A stretch of 63,479 nt of DNA, filler included, from Choristocarpus tenellus KU-1152 (taxonomy: Eukaryota; Protista; Phaeophyceae): NCBI GenBank assembly GCA_964200185.2. It is 13 parts of 13 records of this genome, joined end to end, with 100 filler letters (N's around TTAATTAATTAA, not from the genome) between each part and the next. Parts side by side here need not be neighbours in the genome. Positions count along the whole stretch, not along the records: positions 46,834 to 51,271 come from CAXNAD020014556.1; positions 51,372 to 57,860 come from CAXNAD020008020.1; positions 57,961 to 60,703 come from CAXNAD020025131.1; positions 60,804 to 63,479 come from CAXNAD020025731.1; 9 more parts are not named here. The stretch is one strand, 5' to 3'. The notes below the pieces were generated by a model. That model was not told the DNA's origin. It did not search any database and saw only the letters and a program-made list of their open reading frames with translations. Position 1 is the first letter of the stretch. Every line of letters begins with the position of its first letter. Of this stretch, positions 49,965 to 62,149 are shown one piece after another. Made by a program: the position numbers and the translations under genes.

Positions 49965-51015
49965 GAGACAAAATATCTTAGAGGGTAGAGCCGCGTCCGT
50001 TTGGGGGCCAAAATCCAATGTTGCAATTTTGTTGTAATTTTGGCTATGTAATGTTTGTTAAGAGATGTCAATACCCTTGTTCCATACACACCTTTTCATA
50101 ACGTATATATGGGGATCTCGTCCTCCATACGGACACATCTGTGCAAATACCTGCGGCATGCTGTCCCTGTTGCCTATGATCAGAGCTCCTTTCTTGGCAT
50201 GATCTTGGCTGCCTCCAGCTGCTCTTTCTCTTGTCCAGATATGATCGAGGCGAATTACGAAGTCTGCAGCGTCTTCCACTGACAAGCAGTACATATCGCG
50301 CAATGTTATCTCTAGAGCTATGAGCTGCATGGGCCGCTGACTCACAGCGCGCCCCCCATAGATCTGTTCTAATTCGAGCCAGGCTGCCCTCCTGTCGGGG
50401 CTGCCGTTATTCTCGTGAGTGCTGACCACCATCGCTGCAGCTTCCCTCGTGGCCTGGCCCAGAAGGAACCACAAGGGCTCACGAGGCTTGACATACTCCT
50501 CGTACGCGCTGCGTCCCTCGAACGATGTATCAGCTGTGGGAGGTGCAGGAATGCGGTATGCTGGTTGTAGGATGCAGTACAGTCTCTTGCCGCCAGCATA
50601 GCTCACCAGCACCATCCGCCATTCTTCCCACTTCTCCCTTGCACACCCCCGCGCTCCACTCCATAGTGGCAGCATATGGAGGTCCGCTTACATACCAATG
50701 AGCATAACCTATAGGTTAGATTTCCCTGCGAAGGGGAATCGTGTGAGGCTCCTAACCTATGCAAAAGAGATTAAAAGTAAGAAACCAATCTATCGAGACT
50801 CGAACCTAATACTCTAAGCACATGGAAACCGGGCCTTGACACTTACTTCACTCAGTCAACATTCCTTTTATGATGTTGGTCACTAAAGATATAACAGCCT
50901 ATAGACTACCTAGCCTATATTGCACAGGTAAAATGTCATAAAAAAAAACCTTGGGAAGCCAAGCCTCAAATGGACAAACAGGGCAAAACTCGTACCCTCT
51001 AAGATACTTTCACTC
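49965..51015. mobile_element. MITE family A copy 6, split by a Copia fragment, TSD ATTT
   Basis: ATTT|GAGACAAAATATCTTAGAGGGTAG... (49965-50110) and ...GTACCCTCTAAGATACTTTCACTC|ATTT (50927-51015); about 30 bp of the MITE centre is missing. Confidence 0.92.
50111..50926 (-). mobile_element. Truncated Copia LTR retrotransposon: 5' LTR (50926-50710), PBS-like GGTTATG (50709-50703), gag 5' part from ATG 50675
   Basis: The LTR begins TGT. Gag reads KWEEWRMVLVSY...LWFLLGQATREAAAMVV...PDRRAAWLELEQIYG...DFVIRLDHI, a Copia gag/UBN2-like pattern, and is truncated at the MITE junction. Confidence 0.78.
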
Positions 51016-51508
51016 ATTTGATAAGTGCGTATGATGTATTATCTTGACGCTGCGCGTCTTGTCGGCGTGAAGTGAGGGACGGATGTGACACAAGTTTGAA
51101 CGGTATATATTGCGTGTTTGTTGTATAGGTGTGCAAGGGGCATACGTGTTGGGGTTGCCGCCAGTGGCAAATAGAGGCCGAACTTTGTGAGTGGAGGGGG
51201 TCGTAATGTGGAGTGTGCCTACCTTTGTGACGATTGTCTGTCCGGGAGGAACCTTATGACCTTTGCGGTAGNNNNNNNNNNNNNNNNNNNNNNNNNNNNN
51301 NNNNNNNNNNNNNNNTTAATTAATTAANNNNNNNNNNNNNNNNNNNNNNNNNNNNNNNNNNNNNNNNNNNNAAATCTTTTTAAAATGGATGCCTCTTGTG
51401 CCTTCCCATCTCGTCCACTTCCCACTCTCTGTTGCCCCCCCCCCCCCCACCCTATCCCCAACCCTTTGTTTTGGTCTCTTCATTTCTCCTGCTTCATACT
51501 CCTGAAAG

Positions 51509-54500
51509 AGTGATAAGTCCCCCTTGATCATACTCGGCAAGGGGTTCGACTCTGTTTCTAACTCCACACCAGTGGTGGAGTTTGCTGGGGGAGCTCCCGC
51601 TGCCAGCAATGTGATTGTGACAGTAGAGTCAGGATGTATACTGTCCCTTGAGCTCATGGAAGGCACGTTGTGGTTGTCTGCAGGGGGGTCGGTGGAGGTT
51701 ACTCGAATCACCCTTGGGAATGTGGAGGTGAGAGAGTACAGTTGTGTGTGTATTGTATGTGTTGTGTGTATTATTGGTGTGTAGGAAGAGGTATATTCAA
51801 ACCCTGTCCTATCTACGTGATGGTGTAATAGCAATAGTGATAGTGGTGTTTGTATGATATGATGGTGGTAATTGCATGATATGATAGTGTAATTGAATGT
51901 TATGATAGTGTAATTACATGTTATGATAGTGTTGTTTGCATGATATGATAGTAGTATTTGGATGACATGATAGTGGTATTGCATGATATGATAGTGTAAT
52001 TGCATGATCTGATGGAGGGGAGAGAAAGAGCATACCAAGTGGGGTAGCGTTGAGATGATGTTGATATGTGAGGTTTGTATTCCCCCTTGCAGCCTCCTGA
52101 AGGCTCCATTTTATTCTTATTTTTGATGCGTGTTGGATGCCACTCAAGTCTGCAAGGATGTAAGAGACAGTGTTTTATTGTTCCTATTATATATTTCATT
52201 TTATTTGTTATTGTTTAAAATAGGTATTTCAAGTACTTTTGATTGATATGGGTGCAGTAGTGATGGTTTCACGCTTCTGGGGCTTTTTTTTGCTTTTTTG
52301 ACATGTCCGTGTACTACTTACGTGAGTGTTAGGGAAAGAATGATATATATATTTTTTATTGTAGAGTGCACGTTGTGCAGTTTTTTTGTGTTTATGGGAT
52401 TGAGTGCTCTTCTTCTTTCACTCTTTGTTAATGTCATGTGCTGTACTCTGTCTAGCTTGTCCGCGTTGACCCATCTATGCTTTGCAAAGGGTTCATTTCT
52501 GTCACAGTAACGTTGACGCAGCGCAATCGTCCAAAGTTGTTATTGTCGTCATCATTGTTATCATCGTTATCATCAAGATGTTATTACTATTGGTACTATA
52601 ACCATTATTTCTATTATGTTTTATTATTGTTATTATTAGTGTCGATAGTATCATTGATGCAATCCATTTTTGATTTCAGGTGAAGTATGATGTGGGGATC
52701 AAGGTGGCGACCATTCTCCGCACCCCTTCAGTGTTTCCTGACACACAGCACTTGTACGCTACACGAACAAAAGTGTTCACCTTGCATGGCTTTGGCTTCT
52801 TGTCCAGTGTGAACCCCCACATGAAGCCTGTGGTGAGTCTGTAATTCATGTAGGAGATGGGGAAATGCGTGTATATATAGACTTGGTTGAGGCAATGATG
52901 CATCACTACCCTTTTTTTCTGTTGATGTGTTTTTTCTTTTGCTTTTTTCTTCTTTTTGCTGTTTTTTTTTAATGCAGTGCAAGTGTATGCCATTGGCTTG
53001 TTGCAGCCCTAAGAAGAGTCTGAGTTGTTTTTTCATTTTGTTTTTTTTTGTTTTTCCTTGTATCAATACTGTAGTTCCATACCCTTCTGACCACATTTCT
53101 GAGTGTGTGTTTGGTATTTTAATTGAAAAGTATTAGTGCTTGGCACTCACAGATTATTCTCAGTTGGTTTTAAATGGTTTTGTGTTCATGCTCTACAGCT
53201 GTGTGGTCATTGTAGCCATGTTATGGTGGGGATCATAAAATATCACCTGTTTGATTCCATTGCTTTAGAAACACCAATTCTGACTCTTGAAGCGCTGCAT
53301 TACCAAATGCATCACCTGTCCATGTATTTGTAATGCATTCTTTTTGCAATCAACAAGGTTGATTTTGATTGGCTGTATAGTACATAGATACACTTCAAGC
53401 GACTGTTGACAGTTTGTGTATTATACCTTGTGTTGTCTCTCATTCAGAATACTGTACCTTCATTCTGTCACATCGTACCACACATGTTCTTTTATACGGC
53501 AGAGCTTGTTCAGTTGACCTACTCAACAATCAGCTATTTATTGCCCTATCATGGAAACAATGAAGTAAATTGGGGACGGAAGTAGGGTTAGGGATATTTT
53601 TCAATGAGTGATGACAACATTGAAAGGTGAAATAAATTGCAGGGTCGAAATCAGAATGAGTTTCCATTGTTACTGGCATCGAAGCTACTAAGGAGGTACG
53701 TGCTGTTAAGAGTGATCAAATAGTGGTAGCGCCAAGTAATTTTTTCAAGCTATCATCTCCATTTTATTCTACTGTTACTATTTGGTGTTATGTTGCACTG
53801 GTTTTTGATATAGAAACTTGCATATTATTTTTCTTTTTGTAGTGTACTCTATTGGGCTGGTTTTGACACTCAGACATACACTCTTGAACTTTCGAAAATG
53901 GAGCACGTCAGGGTTTTTGTGCCTTCTTGCATGGACTCTGGGCCCCACGTTTGTAGGTACTCTTTGTGTCCGTGTTTTTCTGTTCGAGTATATATTCCCA
54001 AGTTGTGACTCCGGTTCTCATCCTTATGCGTGCGCTTGGATCTATGGCTTTTGCAAATATAGTGTATGAGGTAGTGTTAGGGCAAGGGATTCTAATTTTT
54101 TGTTGTTGAAGTTCTGGTATCCATGAGTTAGGCTGGCTCTTACTGGCTGTATGCAGTATCTGTTTCGGTTCTCTTCTTTGCTGTATGTCTGCTATGTCAC
54201 ATTGTGTGTCCACATTGCGGGTACCGGCTCTCAGGCTTTCACATGTGTTTGCACCTACCGCACGTGGCTCCCATGGAGTTTTTTTATTGGCTGCATATTA
54301 TACTGGCTCTAACCGGCTCTGCACGTTTGGCGTGTTATCTTTATCTCTGGTTTCGTGCATCCGCTCACCATGTTGCGTCTGGTGTGTTCTTAAGGAAAAT
54401 TAGTACTTTGAAGTATTACAGAGTATTTTGTTACTACTGTTTTTCAGGTGTAATATAGTATTATTAAGGATAATAATAAGATAAATTTGTTTTTTGTGTG

Positions 54501-56889
54501 TGTGGTTATTAATTAGTAAGAAACAAACTGTGTCAGACTCGTGAGATGCTCATGCTTCAAGGTGGTCACAAGGTGGTCACAAGGTGATCACATACTCCTG
54601 AGGGTCAGAGAGGGCATACAAAGAAGAGAAGTATCAGGGCCTCAATATCCTCAGTTGCAATATGCTATGGAGGCACACAGAATATGGATATGCACCGGAA
54701 GATTCAGGAAGGATAATCTATTTTCTTTGGTGCTAATGTCACTGCAGTTGACTCTCTGTTCCTTTTTGTGTCAGCGTCACACTGATTGTATTGTGTCGAG
54801 GCGTGACCCTACTGGACCACTAACAGAGGGCAAAATAATTTTCATTACATTTTTATTTACTTACTTGAAGGTATATGTTTAATTTCCATGTTTATACCGA
54901 GTGTATTTTCTTTGATGTACTATCTATTTTTTTTTAAGTGTGTATTGTGTATTGTTTTTATGGTACACCTTTTTTTAGTTGTCTTTTTGAAATCATGTAT
55001 GATTTCGTTGTGGCAACGGTATATAAACCTTTTGAAGTCGCATTCATCTCGGTAAGTACATGCACAGTGTTTTGTTTTTTTTCCACAGTTATTTGATTCT
55101 TAACATGGGTACCACCCTCTCCTGAGCTTGTTTCTCCATTCACCACCTGAGCACTTAGGTTGTGCTTCGACCAACTCCAGTACAAGATATCGACATAGAA
55201 TCAGAATGGTCGGACGATGTATTAGTAGTACGCCTGATAGGGACTTCATGGGTTGGGGATTTGTCTCTTCAACCAAAGTTGGTGGCTGGTGAGGTGGTCA
55301 ATCTGGAGGTGGTCTCCATTGACACCGGGGGCGGCCCAGTGATGATGCCTGATGGTGAGGGTGGTATGTTGTGTCATTTTTGTGTGCGTATGCCGTTGTT
55401 ATTGTTAGTAAATATAGTATTTATGGTAAAGGATGGTAAGACACGTGTAATGACTCCTTTGGAAATGCAAACAAATTTGTTGATAAATTGTAAGGATTTA
55501 TACTTTGTAGACATCTTCTTGTTGTTGTTGGTTGTGGATGAGGATGTTCTGAACATTGTGTTGCTGTACACTGTACATATCGATACCCTTGTATATCATT
55601 TAAACATTGTCTCTTGATGAATAGAACATGGTTGCTAGTATTGGTTTGATTGATTGTATGGAGCTGTTTTGAGGACAGCCCACCAATACAACCAGGAAAA
55701 TTCAAGGAGAATTACCAATTTCCATGAACTAAATATCCGCAGTTAGGTGGACCAATATGAGGTCAGGATATGTACTGTAACAATGAGATAAATCCAACAC
55801 ACGCACACACACACACACACACACAAAATATATATATTTATTAGACACATATGTATATATATTAGACATACACATACATGTACACTACTGTGACACTGTA
55901 TTGCCGAGTAAGTGTAATCCAAATGGTAGCACTGGCAAGCAGTTTGGTCATCGGTCCATTATGTCCGTGATAGGAACTGGCAACGATATTTTGGATTTAG
56001 CTTGTAGCTGCTGTGATTTGCCTTGTACTGTTATTATGAGTTGTTGATCCCACATTTTGGTGGGGGCAACCTTACATATTTGTGATGAAAAAATTGGTGA
56101 CTGGGGTATGTAGCTCTTTTTGGCCCTATTTTACTTACATCCCTGATCTCGAGTTGTATAGTTGTTATTGGAAGTACCTACAATGGTATTACTCTGTACT
56201 CTCTTGTATTGTTCTTTTTAACCGGTCTGTGGTTTGGTTTTGCTTGGGGCAGGAGGCGTTGCGGTGGCTCTAGTGCACGAGGATGACGAGGAGGCAGTCT
56301 GCGAGGACACCTGTTATCATGCCAATGACAACCAGTGTGATGAATCATTTGACGTTAGTGATTGGTGTATTTATTTGTATGTGTTTCATTGGCCGTGGTG
56401 ATGAGCATATGTGGTATTTGAAGTAGAGGTTGCATTGTGGATGCATTCAGGCTATTGTTTTGGTGATTGAATTGTTAATTTTTTGTGATGGTGCTAGTAT
56501 TTCCATGCTTGATATTTTTTATGAAAGTGATTGAAAATATGAGATTAATGCTTTCTTACGCCTCGAGTTTCCCTGTTGAGGGAAGCAAGTTCCTCCGTAC
56601 TCATATCACTAGCAGCAGGCGTTTTTTCTCAATTGGTTGAAAACAATCTGAAAAACATGTATTTGTTATCGTTCGTTCTGAATATGTGTGTTCTGTGTTC
56701 ACTTCCTACTGCAATGCAATTGTATGTGTATCTCTCATTTAAGATGGTTACAGTTGTTGTCCAGTGAGTGAAACGGTGATACGATGGCCATGCACCTCAC
56801 ACCAACTTTTGTGTTTTTATGCAGGATCAATCCTTTGATATGGGTGGGTGGGGTGCACATGGCAGCAGCAAGGGTAACTCCAATGCCGG
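51509..56889 (+). CDS. Protein with ~100-aa beta-rich (IPT/TIG-like) repeats followed by a Cys-rich C-x-D-x-C module; five internal exons
   Basis: Exons 51509-51727, 52680-52832, 55159-55354, 56253-56353 and 56825-56889 with phases 0,0,1,0. Repeat pattern LxIxGxGF...P..F...LxLxL...W...LEVVSIDTGGGPV...GVxVA, then VCEDTCYHANDNQCDE. Confidence 0.8.
51835..52010. repeat. Minisatellite, about 17-22 bp unit (GTAATTGCATGATATGATAGT-like)
   Basis: Recurrent ATGATAGTG and TTGCATGAT words in an intron. Confidence 0.8.
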
Positions 56890-58046
56890 GTAAGGCTAGA
56901 GATAGATGTGCAACGGAATGAACCTACTTGCTGTTGTTGCCCTCGTTGTTGATGGTGCTGCAAAGTTACAAATTAAATATCCACTATTATAGCACTTCTT
57001 CCTTTTCTGTGACAGTCGCCAAAGAGTCCGTGCACAGTGTGTGACAGAGACCTTTTGCTTGAGCTGTGTGGTTGGGTTATGTTTTACTTTAGGACTGGGC
57101 TTAGATTTGGGGTAAGATTTTTTCTTTCTTGCTGGGTGGGGATCTCTGCTTAACGGTTTCAACAGTTACGAGTTCATACAACTTTACATCCATAATTATC
57201 GATAGATAGCGATAGATAGTTATACCTAGCTTTCCTATTGTGGTGCTTTGGAGAGCTAATCTGAATTGCACAGTGTGTCTTTCTACGGGTAGGATTGTGG
57301 AGGACCCCCAAACAAGATTGGTGCAGTAGCTGCTATCATTTTGTGAAATCCTGGTGCACTTGTTGGTCGGAGTGGCATGCTTTGAAGCTGTGCTTTGTTT
57401 TGCAGTGCCTGTCTAAGTTTTGTCTTCTTGTTGTGGGTAATTGCTGGGCTTTCATGTATCTTGGAGGCGGTGCTTGTGCTCGAAATGCAAGGGATCACGA
57501 TGTAGATAGGGTGGAAAGGCTTGTTTACCCAACCACTATAGTGGTGTTCATTGTTGTGATTAAATATTGTTGGGATAATGATTAATGGTATGATTTGTTT
57601 GTCTCATTCTGTTGATGGGTCGGCAGACTCGATCAAAACCCTTTCCTGAACTCTTCCCTGTGTACAGAACAAGCTACAGCTCTGCTAATCGGTTTTCACT
57701 AATGTCTGGGGTGGCGGTTGGAGCACCATGTGCTCCAGGAACAGATTGCACAGACTGTGGGATTCATGTAAGTGCACTTTAAGAATTCCCCCCCCCCCCC
57801 CCCCCCCCCCCCCCCCACCCCCCCCACGCGAACGCAAACAGCCACACATTGCCCACAAATNNNNNNNNNNNNNNNNNNNNNNNNNNNNNNNNNNNNNNNN
57901 NNNNTTAATTAATTAANNNNNNNNNNNNNNNNNNNNNNNNNNNNNNNNNNNNNNNNNNNNCCCTTGAGCAGAGAACTTGGCACCTTTGACACTTTCACGG
58001 TGGTACCCATGCCTAGTGTTCAAGGGGAGCTAACTCATGCCGCGTT

Positions 58047-59725
58047 ATGTCGGACACTACTACCCCCACACCTGCTGCAACGTCGCACACCAGCAGCAAT
58101 ACCAAGGAGAAGACCGCAACTCGCAAAGGGAAGAAGAAGACGACCCATGCATCGCCAACAACCGAAGGAGGTAGTAAGGGGGGTAGTATCAACACCCAAT
58201 CTCAACCGAGTCCCGCGTCTATTTCTGTAGACAGAGGCATCCCTGGTGGCTCGCTAGAGCAGGAAGGGATGGCGGTGCAGAGGCTGAGGGAAGGCTCTGC
58301 CTGTAATTCGGGCCTGAACCGGTTCAGCGTGCTGGATGAAGACCAAGAAGAACAAGTCGAAGACAGTGCGGAGGCGACGTTCGATATCCACTCGTGCTTA
58401 AGTCGCCAGCTTGTCTTCGCCAAGAAGATCGTTGATGAAGCTATGGAGGGGACTCCACACGATCAAGGTTTGGTGGCTGCGGCAACGCAGACATTAAACA
58501 CGAAGATGAGTACGATGTGTGCAGATGAAAACAACCCACCTGTCTCTGATCACCCCCACGGTAACCCCTTGATTGTGAAGTATCCTTCAGATAAAGACTT
58601 GCCCCCAGGTGTTCTTGGGACGTGCAGGAACAAGGTCGTTCCCCCGTAGCCAATTTTGGAAAGTTGCTCATGATTTTCAAAAATCGAGTAGGCGCTATTG
58701 CTATGGTGAATAAATCGTCCATAGAAGCAAGCCAAATTCCCACATATGAACAGATTCTGGGAGATATATGCATGCGCTTGTTCCAACATCAAATCCCTAG
58801 GGGTACCAGTCCCGCCCAAGCAAGTGTTCGATTGTTTTATGAAACATTGAATGTAGCCTCTTGGGAGGAATTTTTTGCGGCCAGCCTGAAGGAATTTTCT
58901 GTACCAAATCCGCTAGACAGAACGTTCTGCGATGTGATTGATATTCGGCAGGAACCGAAGGAGGATGTTCGGGCATTTGCAAGACGGGTAATTGAGTCAA
59001 TCGATTCCTTTGTACGTGAGTTGAGAATCCACCCACATGACAGGAGTGACCTCGATCCTATTGACCTGACCCCCACAGCCCTGATTTCCCTTCGAACGGA
59101 CAGACTCCGATACTGCGTGTTCAACGTCGGTGTTTTACCTGCTATACTAGGAGTTTTGCGATCGAATCCTCAGCGTTACGAGAATTTCGCGGCACTAGTT
59201 GATGCAGCGGTTGGCCAGGCATCTGCAATGTCAAGTTTGGACAAGGGATCGTTCGCTAATGTGGTAACCTCTAGTATATCTGTTGATAACTTGGGGAATT
59301 TACACCCAACAGACCTACGACCCACTGACCTTGCCCCGTTATTAGCAGTTGCAAAGACCCTTGCAAACGATCTCGAGAGGGCAAATGCCGAAATCCGCCA
59401 TCTCAAAACCAAACGACGAACAAATGGTCCTGACAAAACCTCACAAACTTTTTCCCAAACTTTCCCCGAGCCCACTGATACTCACCCAGTATGTCAATTC
59501 GAAGGGTGTAACGCAAGATCGTGGTGGAGACATTCGACGGAAAACTGCTGGTTCAATCCTGGGGGCAACAATTATCACCCCTCAAGGACAACCCGCGAAC
59601 GTCCGGCCAGAAGAGACCGTCGAAACCAAGATTCGACCAAGTCATTTGACCAGTTGGTGTCTGCCATCACAGCACGTTTGACAGAGTCTTCACAACAGAT
59701 GCAGTCGAATTCAAAGGACTCTTGA
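58047..59725 (+). CDS. Gag-like protein split into two overlapping ORFs (58047-58649 and 58622-59725)
   Basis: Capsid-like SWEEFFAASLKEF...IRQEPKEDVRAFARRV...VFNVGVLPAI and zinc-knuckle-like CQFEGC...HSTENCW. Confidence 0.72.
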
Positions 59726-59839
59726 GACCACCCTGAACCCGGAGAGAAACGAACTAGGATCGGACAGAAATAGGGGTGCCTTGCAGAATCTGGTTCCCAG
59801 GACATTGTAGGGATAAGAGTTCAAGAAGAAAATAGGGAC

Positions 59840-60703
59840 TTGTTGTGTAGGGCAGCCTCAGAGGTAGTAGAGAGAGTAAATAAGACCCAACACTGTATAC
59901 ATTCAAGGTCAGCACACCAAACGTTGCCACAAGCAGGACATGTAACAACTGTTGCATCTGCTCTTTCTTTTTCCCCACAACCAATTTTGGACGTGGGTGA
60001 CATGTCTGTTACATCTCAAATGTGTTGTTCCACTTTATCATATTGTTGGCACACATCAGCAATCCAACACTATTCTAACTCCCCTTGCGTGCTAAATGTT
60101 TCATCTTGCCCCGTAAGAATTCCTGGGTATGTTGAAAATGAACCTTTAATGAGCATTACTGTTGATACTGCTACTGACATTCCTGTAATATCTCTCAGAT
60201 ACATTGAAGCCCACCCAACACTTTGCAAGGCACCCATTCGGGAGATTCCAGCAGGCGCTCTGAATTTTAAAGGAGCAGGTGGTAGACCTCTCTCTGTAAC
60301 TGGTTTCATTCAATTTACACTAGAACTTGGTGACATATCAACGCCTGTCCAAGCAGTAGTCATACCTAATCTGGGAGTAGATAAAATTTTGTTGGATAAC
60401 AGCATTATGTCGGCATTCGGGGCAGTGCTAGATTGGGATAGAGAGGAGATGTTGTTTAAAGACAGTGATCAATGCATTCCTGCAAAACACAAAATCGTAC
60501 CCCTTCCCATCTGTTCCCCCCCAAAAGATTATTGCCAGACAGAAAATACATCTCATGTTTCAATTTCAGTAATCATATCTGAATTCAATACACCAGTGCA
60601 CACAGTAAAAAAGATACTCCTTCCCCCTGGCACGGAAACGCTTGTTCCAGTTTGTTCTCAGGCACTTCGAGGAACAGCTACCGATGCAATAGTGGAACCT
60701 ATC
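59840..60703 (+). CDS. Retropepsin-like aspartyl protease (pol N-terminus), 3'-partial
   Basis: ITVDTATDIPVIS (active-site-like), FKGAGGRPLSVTGFIQFTLELG (flap) and VIPNLGVDKILLDNSIMSAFGAVLDW. Confidence 0.78.
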
Positions 60704-60803
60704 NNNNNNNNNNNNNNNNNNNNNNNNNNNNNNNNNNNNNNNNNNNNTTAATTAATTAANNNNNNNNNNNNNNNNNNNNNNNNNNNNNNNNNNNNNNNNN
60801 NNN

Positions 60804-60884
60804 GGGGTTAAGACGGGGGCTCTCCCCATCCCAAATGGACCCCCCGATTAAACCCCCCCCCCCCCCCCCCAGATACTTTGGGTC
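60804..60884. mobile_element. MITE family B terminus at contig start
   Basis: CCCAAATGGAC...(C)nAGATACTTTGGGTC. Confidence 0.72.
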
Positions 60885-61389
60885 AGCATTTGTTACAGGT
60901 GAATAGCGCAAGCATTTCTTCTCATATGTTAGCAAGAACGAACAATTGTTACAGGCGAATAGTGCGAACATTGTTTCTCGCGTTCTAACAAGCGCGAACA
61001 GTATACAAGATTAGTAACACATAGCCTCACAGAATAAATGCTGATTTCGTAGAAGATACAGAGTAAGATTCGTAATACATACGTTACATTACAGAAGAAA
61101 ACGTCAAAGTTCCTAAGAAGCTGCAGAATAAAGGTTTATGATTGAAAGTACGTATAAAGCAATTGCATAGAAGACCAAAGAGATTGTGCGGATGACGAAA
61201 ATAATAAAATGGCTTTTGGTCAAAACCACCACCCCTCTTAGAATAGTCTTTCCCTTGAACGAAACATTGAGTCGAGCTTTGAGCTACGCACTAAGTGGAG
61301 TATCGAGAAAAGGCTGCCTGACACCCAACAAACTGTTACCAAGGGCAACGTTCCCATAGCGTCATCTTAAGATCGTTGGAATTGAGTTG

Positions 61390-61825
61390 TACATCCTATG
61401 GAGGTGAGTTCTTGGGCACGCTGTAACATGGAGGTCCTACCGAGACTTCCACCTGTAACATGGAGGTCCTCTACGGAGAATTCCTTTTTATACTATGATA
61501 TTGATGATAGTCCAAGTGAGAGATCCAGCATGCTTGACGACTTGGGCATCAGGAGTCCTATACGTGCACCAGTAACATCTATAGGCCTTTAGATTGGAAC
61601 AGTTCATCCTGTGAAGGTAAGCTTCTGGAGCGCGCTGTAACATAGAGGTCCCACAGATAATTCCTTGTTATACGATGATATTAGTGATAGTCCAAGTGAG
61701 AGATACAGCATACTTGACGACTTGCGCATCAGGAGTCCTTATATGTGCATCAGTATCATCTATAAGCCTGTAGATCGGAGCTATACATCCTGTGGAGGTA
61801 AGCTGCTCGAGTGCCCTGTAACAGA
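61390..61825. repeat. Tandem repeat, about 180 bp unit, about 2.2 copies (first copy has an internal ~30-bp duplication)
   Basis: TGATAGTCCAAGTGAGAGAT(C/A)CAGCAT(G/A)CTTGACGACTTG occurs twice; CATCCT(A/G)TG(G/A)AGGT occurs three times. Confidence 0.88.
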
Positions 61826-62149
61826 CAATAATGGAGAAGAGAATGCTATTGAAGAAGCCAACGTGGGGGACAACGAAGAAGTCAAGGGTGAAGTTGAAGT
61901 ATTTGGTGTGAAATTTCCCTCCAACACCAAAGAATGAAGGTTACGAGTTTGGAACTCCTCCCATAGGATTATTGGCAGGCGTTTCAAGTAGAAGGAGATG
62001 TAGTTGAAGAAGGAGAAACCTCCTCCGATGATGGTGGACCTAATCAGCAGTTCAGCATAAGGAACCTGCTTGAGTAGCTGACGAAGACGTCACACACAGC
62101 AGCGGGGTGATGGGGTACCTTTCCTTAGAGATGGAGGCGGCGAATGTGT

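Larger units (their letters stand above)
48720..51271. repeat. Diverged tandem array, about 355 bp unit, more than 3 copies, interrupted by two MITEs and a Copia fragment
   Basis: TATTGCGTGTTT at 49339, 49694 and 51108 (about 359 bp from the previous copy once the insertion is removed); GGAGTTTTGGGTTAGTTTACC and CGGATGTGACA also recur. Confidence 0.88.
57961..60703 (+). mobile_element. Gypsy/Ty3-like LTR retrotransposon internal fragment (gag plus protease); contig ends before RT
   Basis: Two overlapping gag-region ORFs followed by an aspartyl protease ORF in gag-PR order; no LTR on the contig. Confidence 0.8.

Noticed and set aside
50780-50870. tRNA gene
   Set aside because: A/B boxes are present but acceptor, anticodon and T stems do not pair convincingly.
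43025-51271. Single intact transposon spanning contigs 9 and 10
   Set aside because: Separated by an artificial spacer, on opposite strands, and the catalytic core and TIRs are missing.
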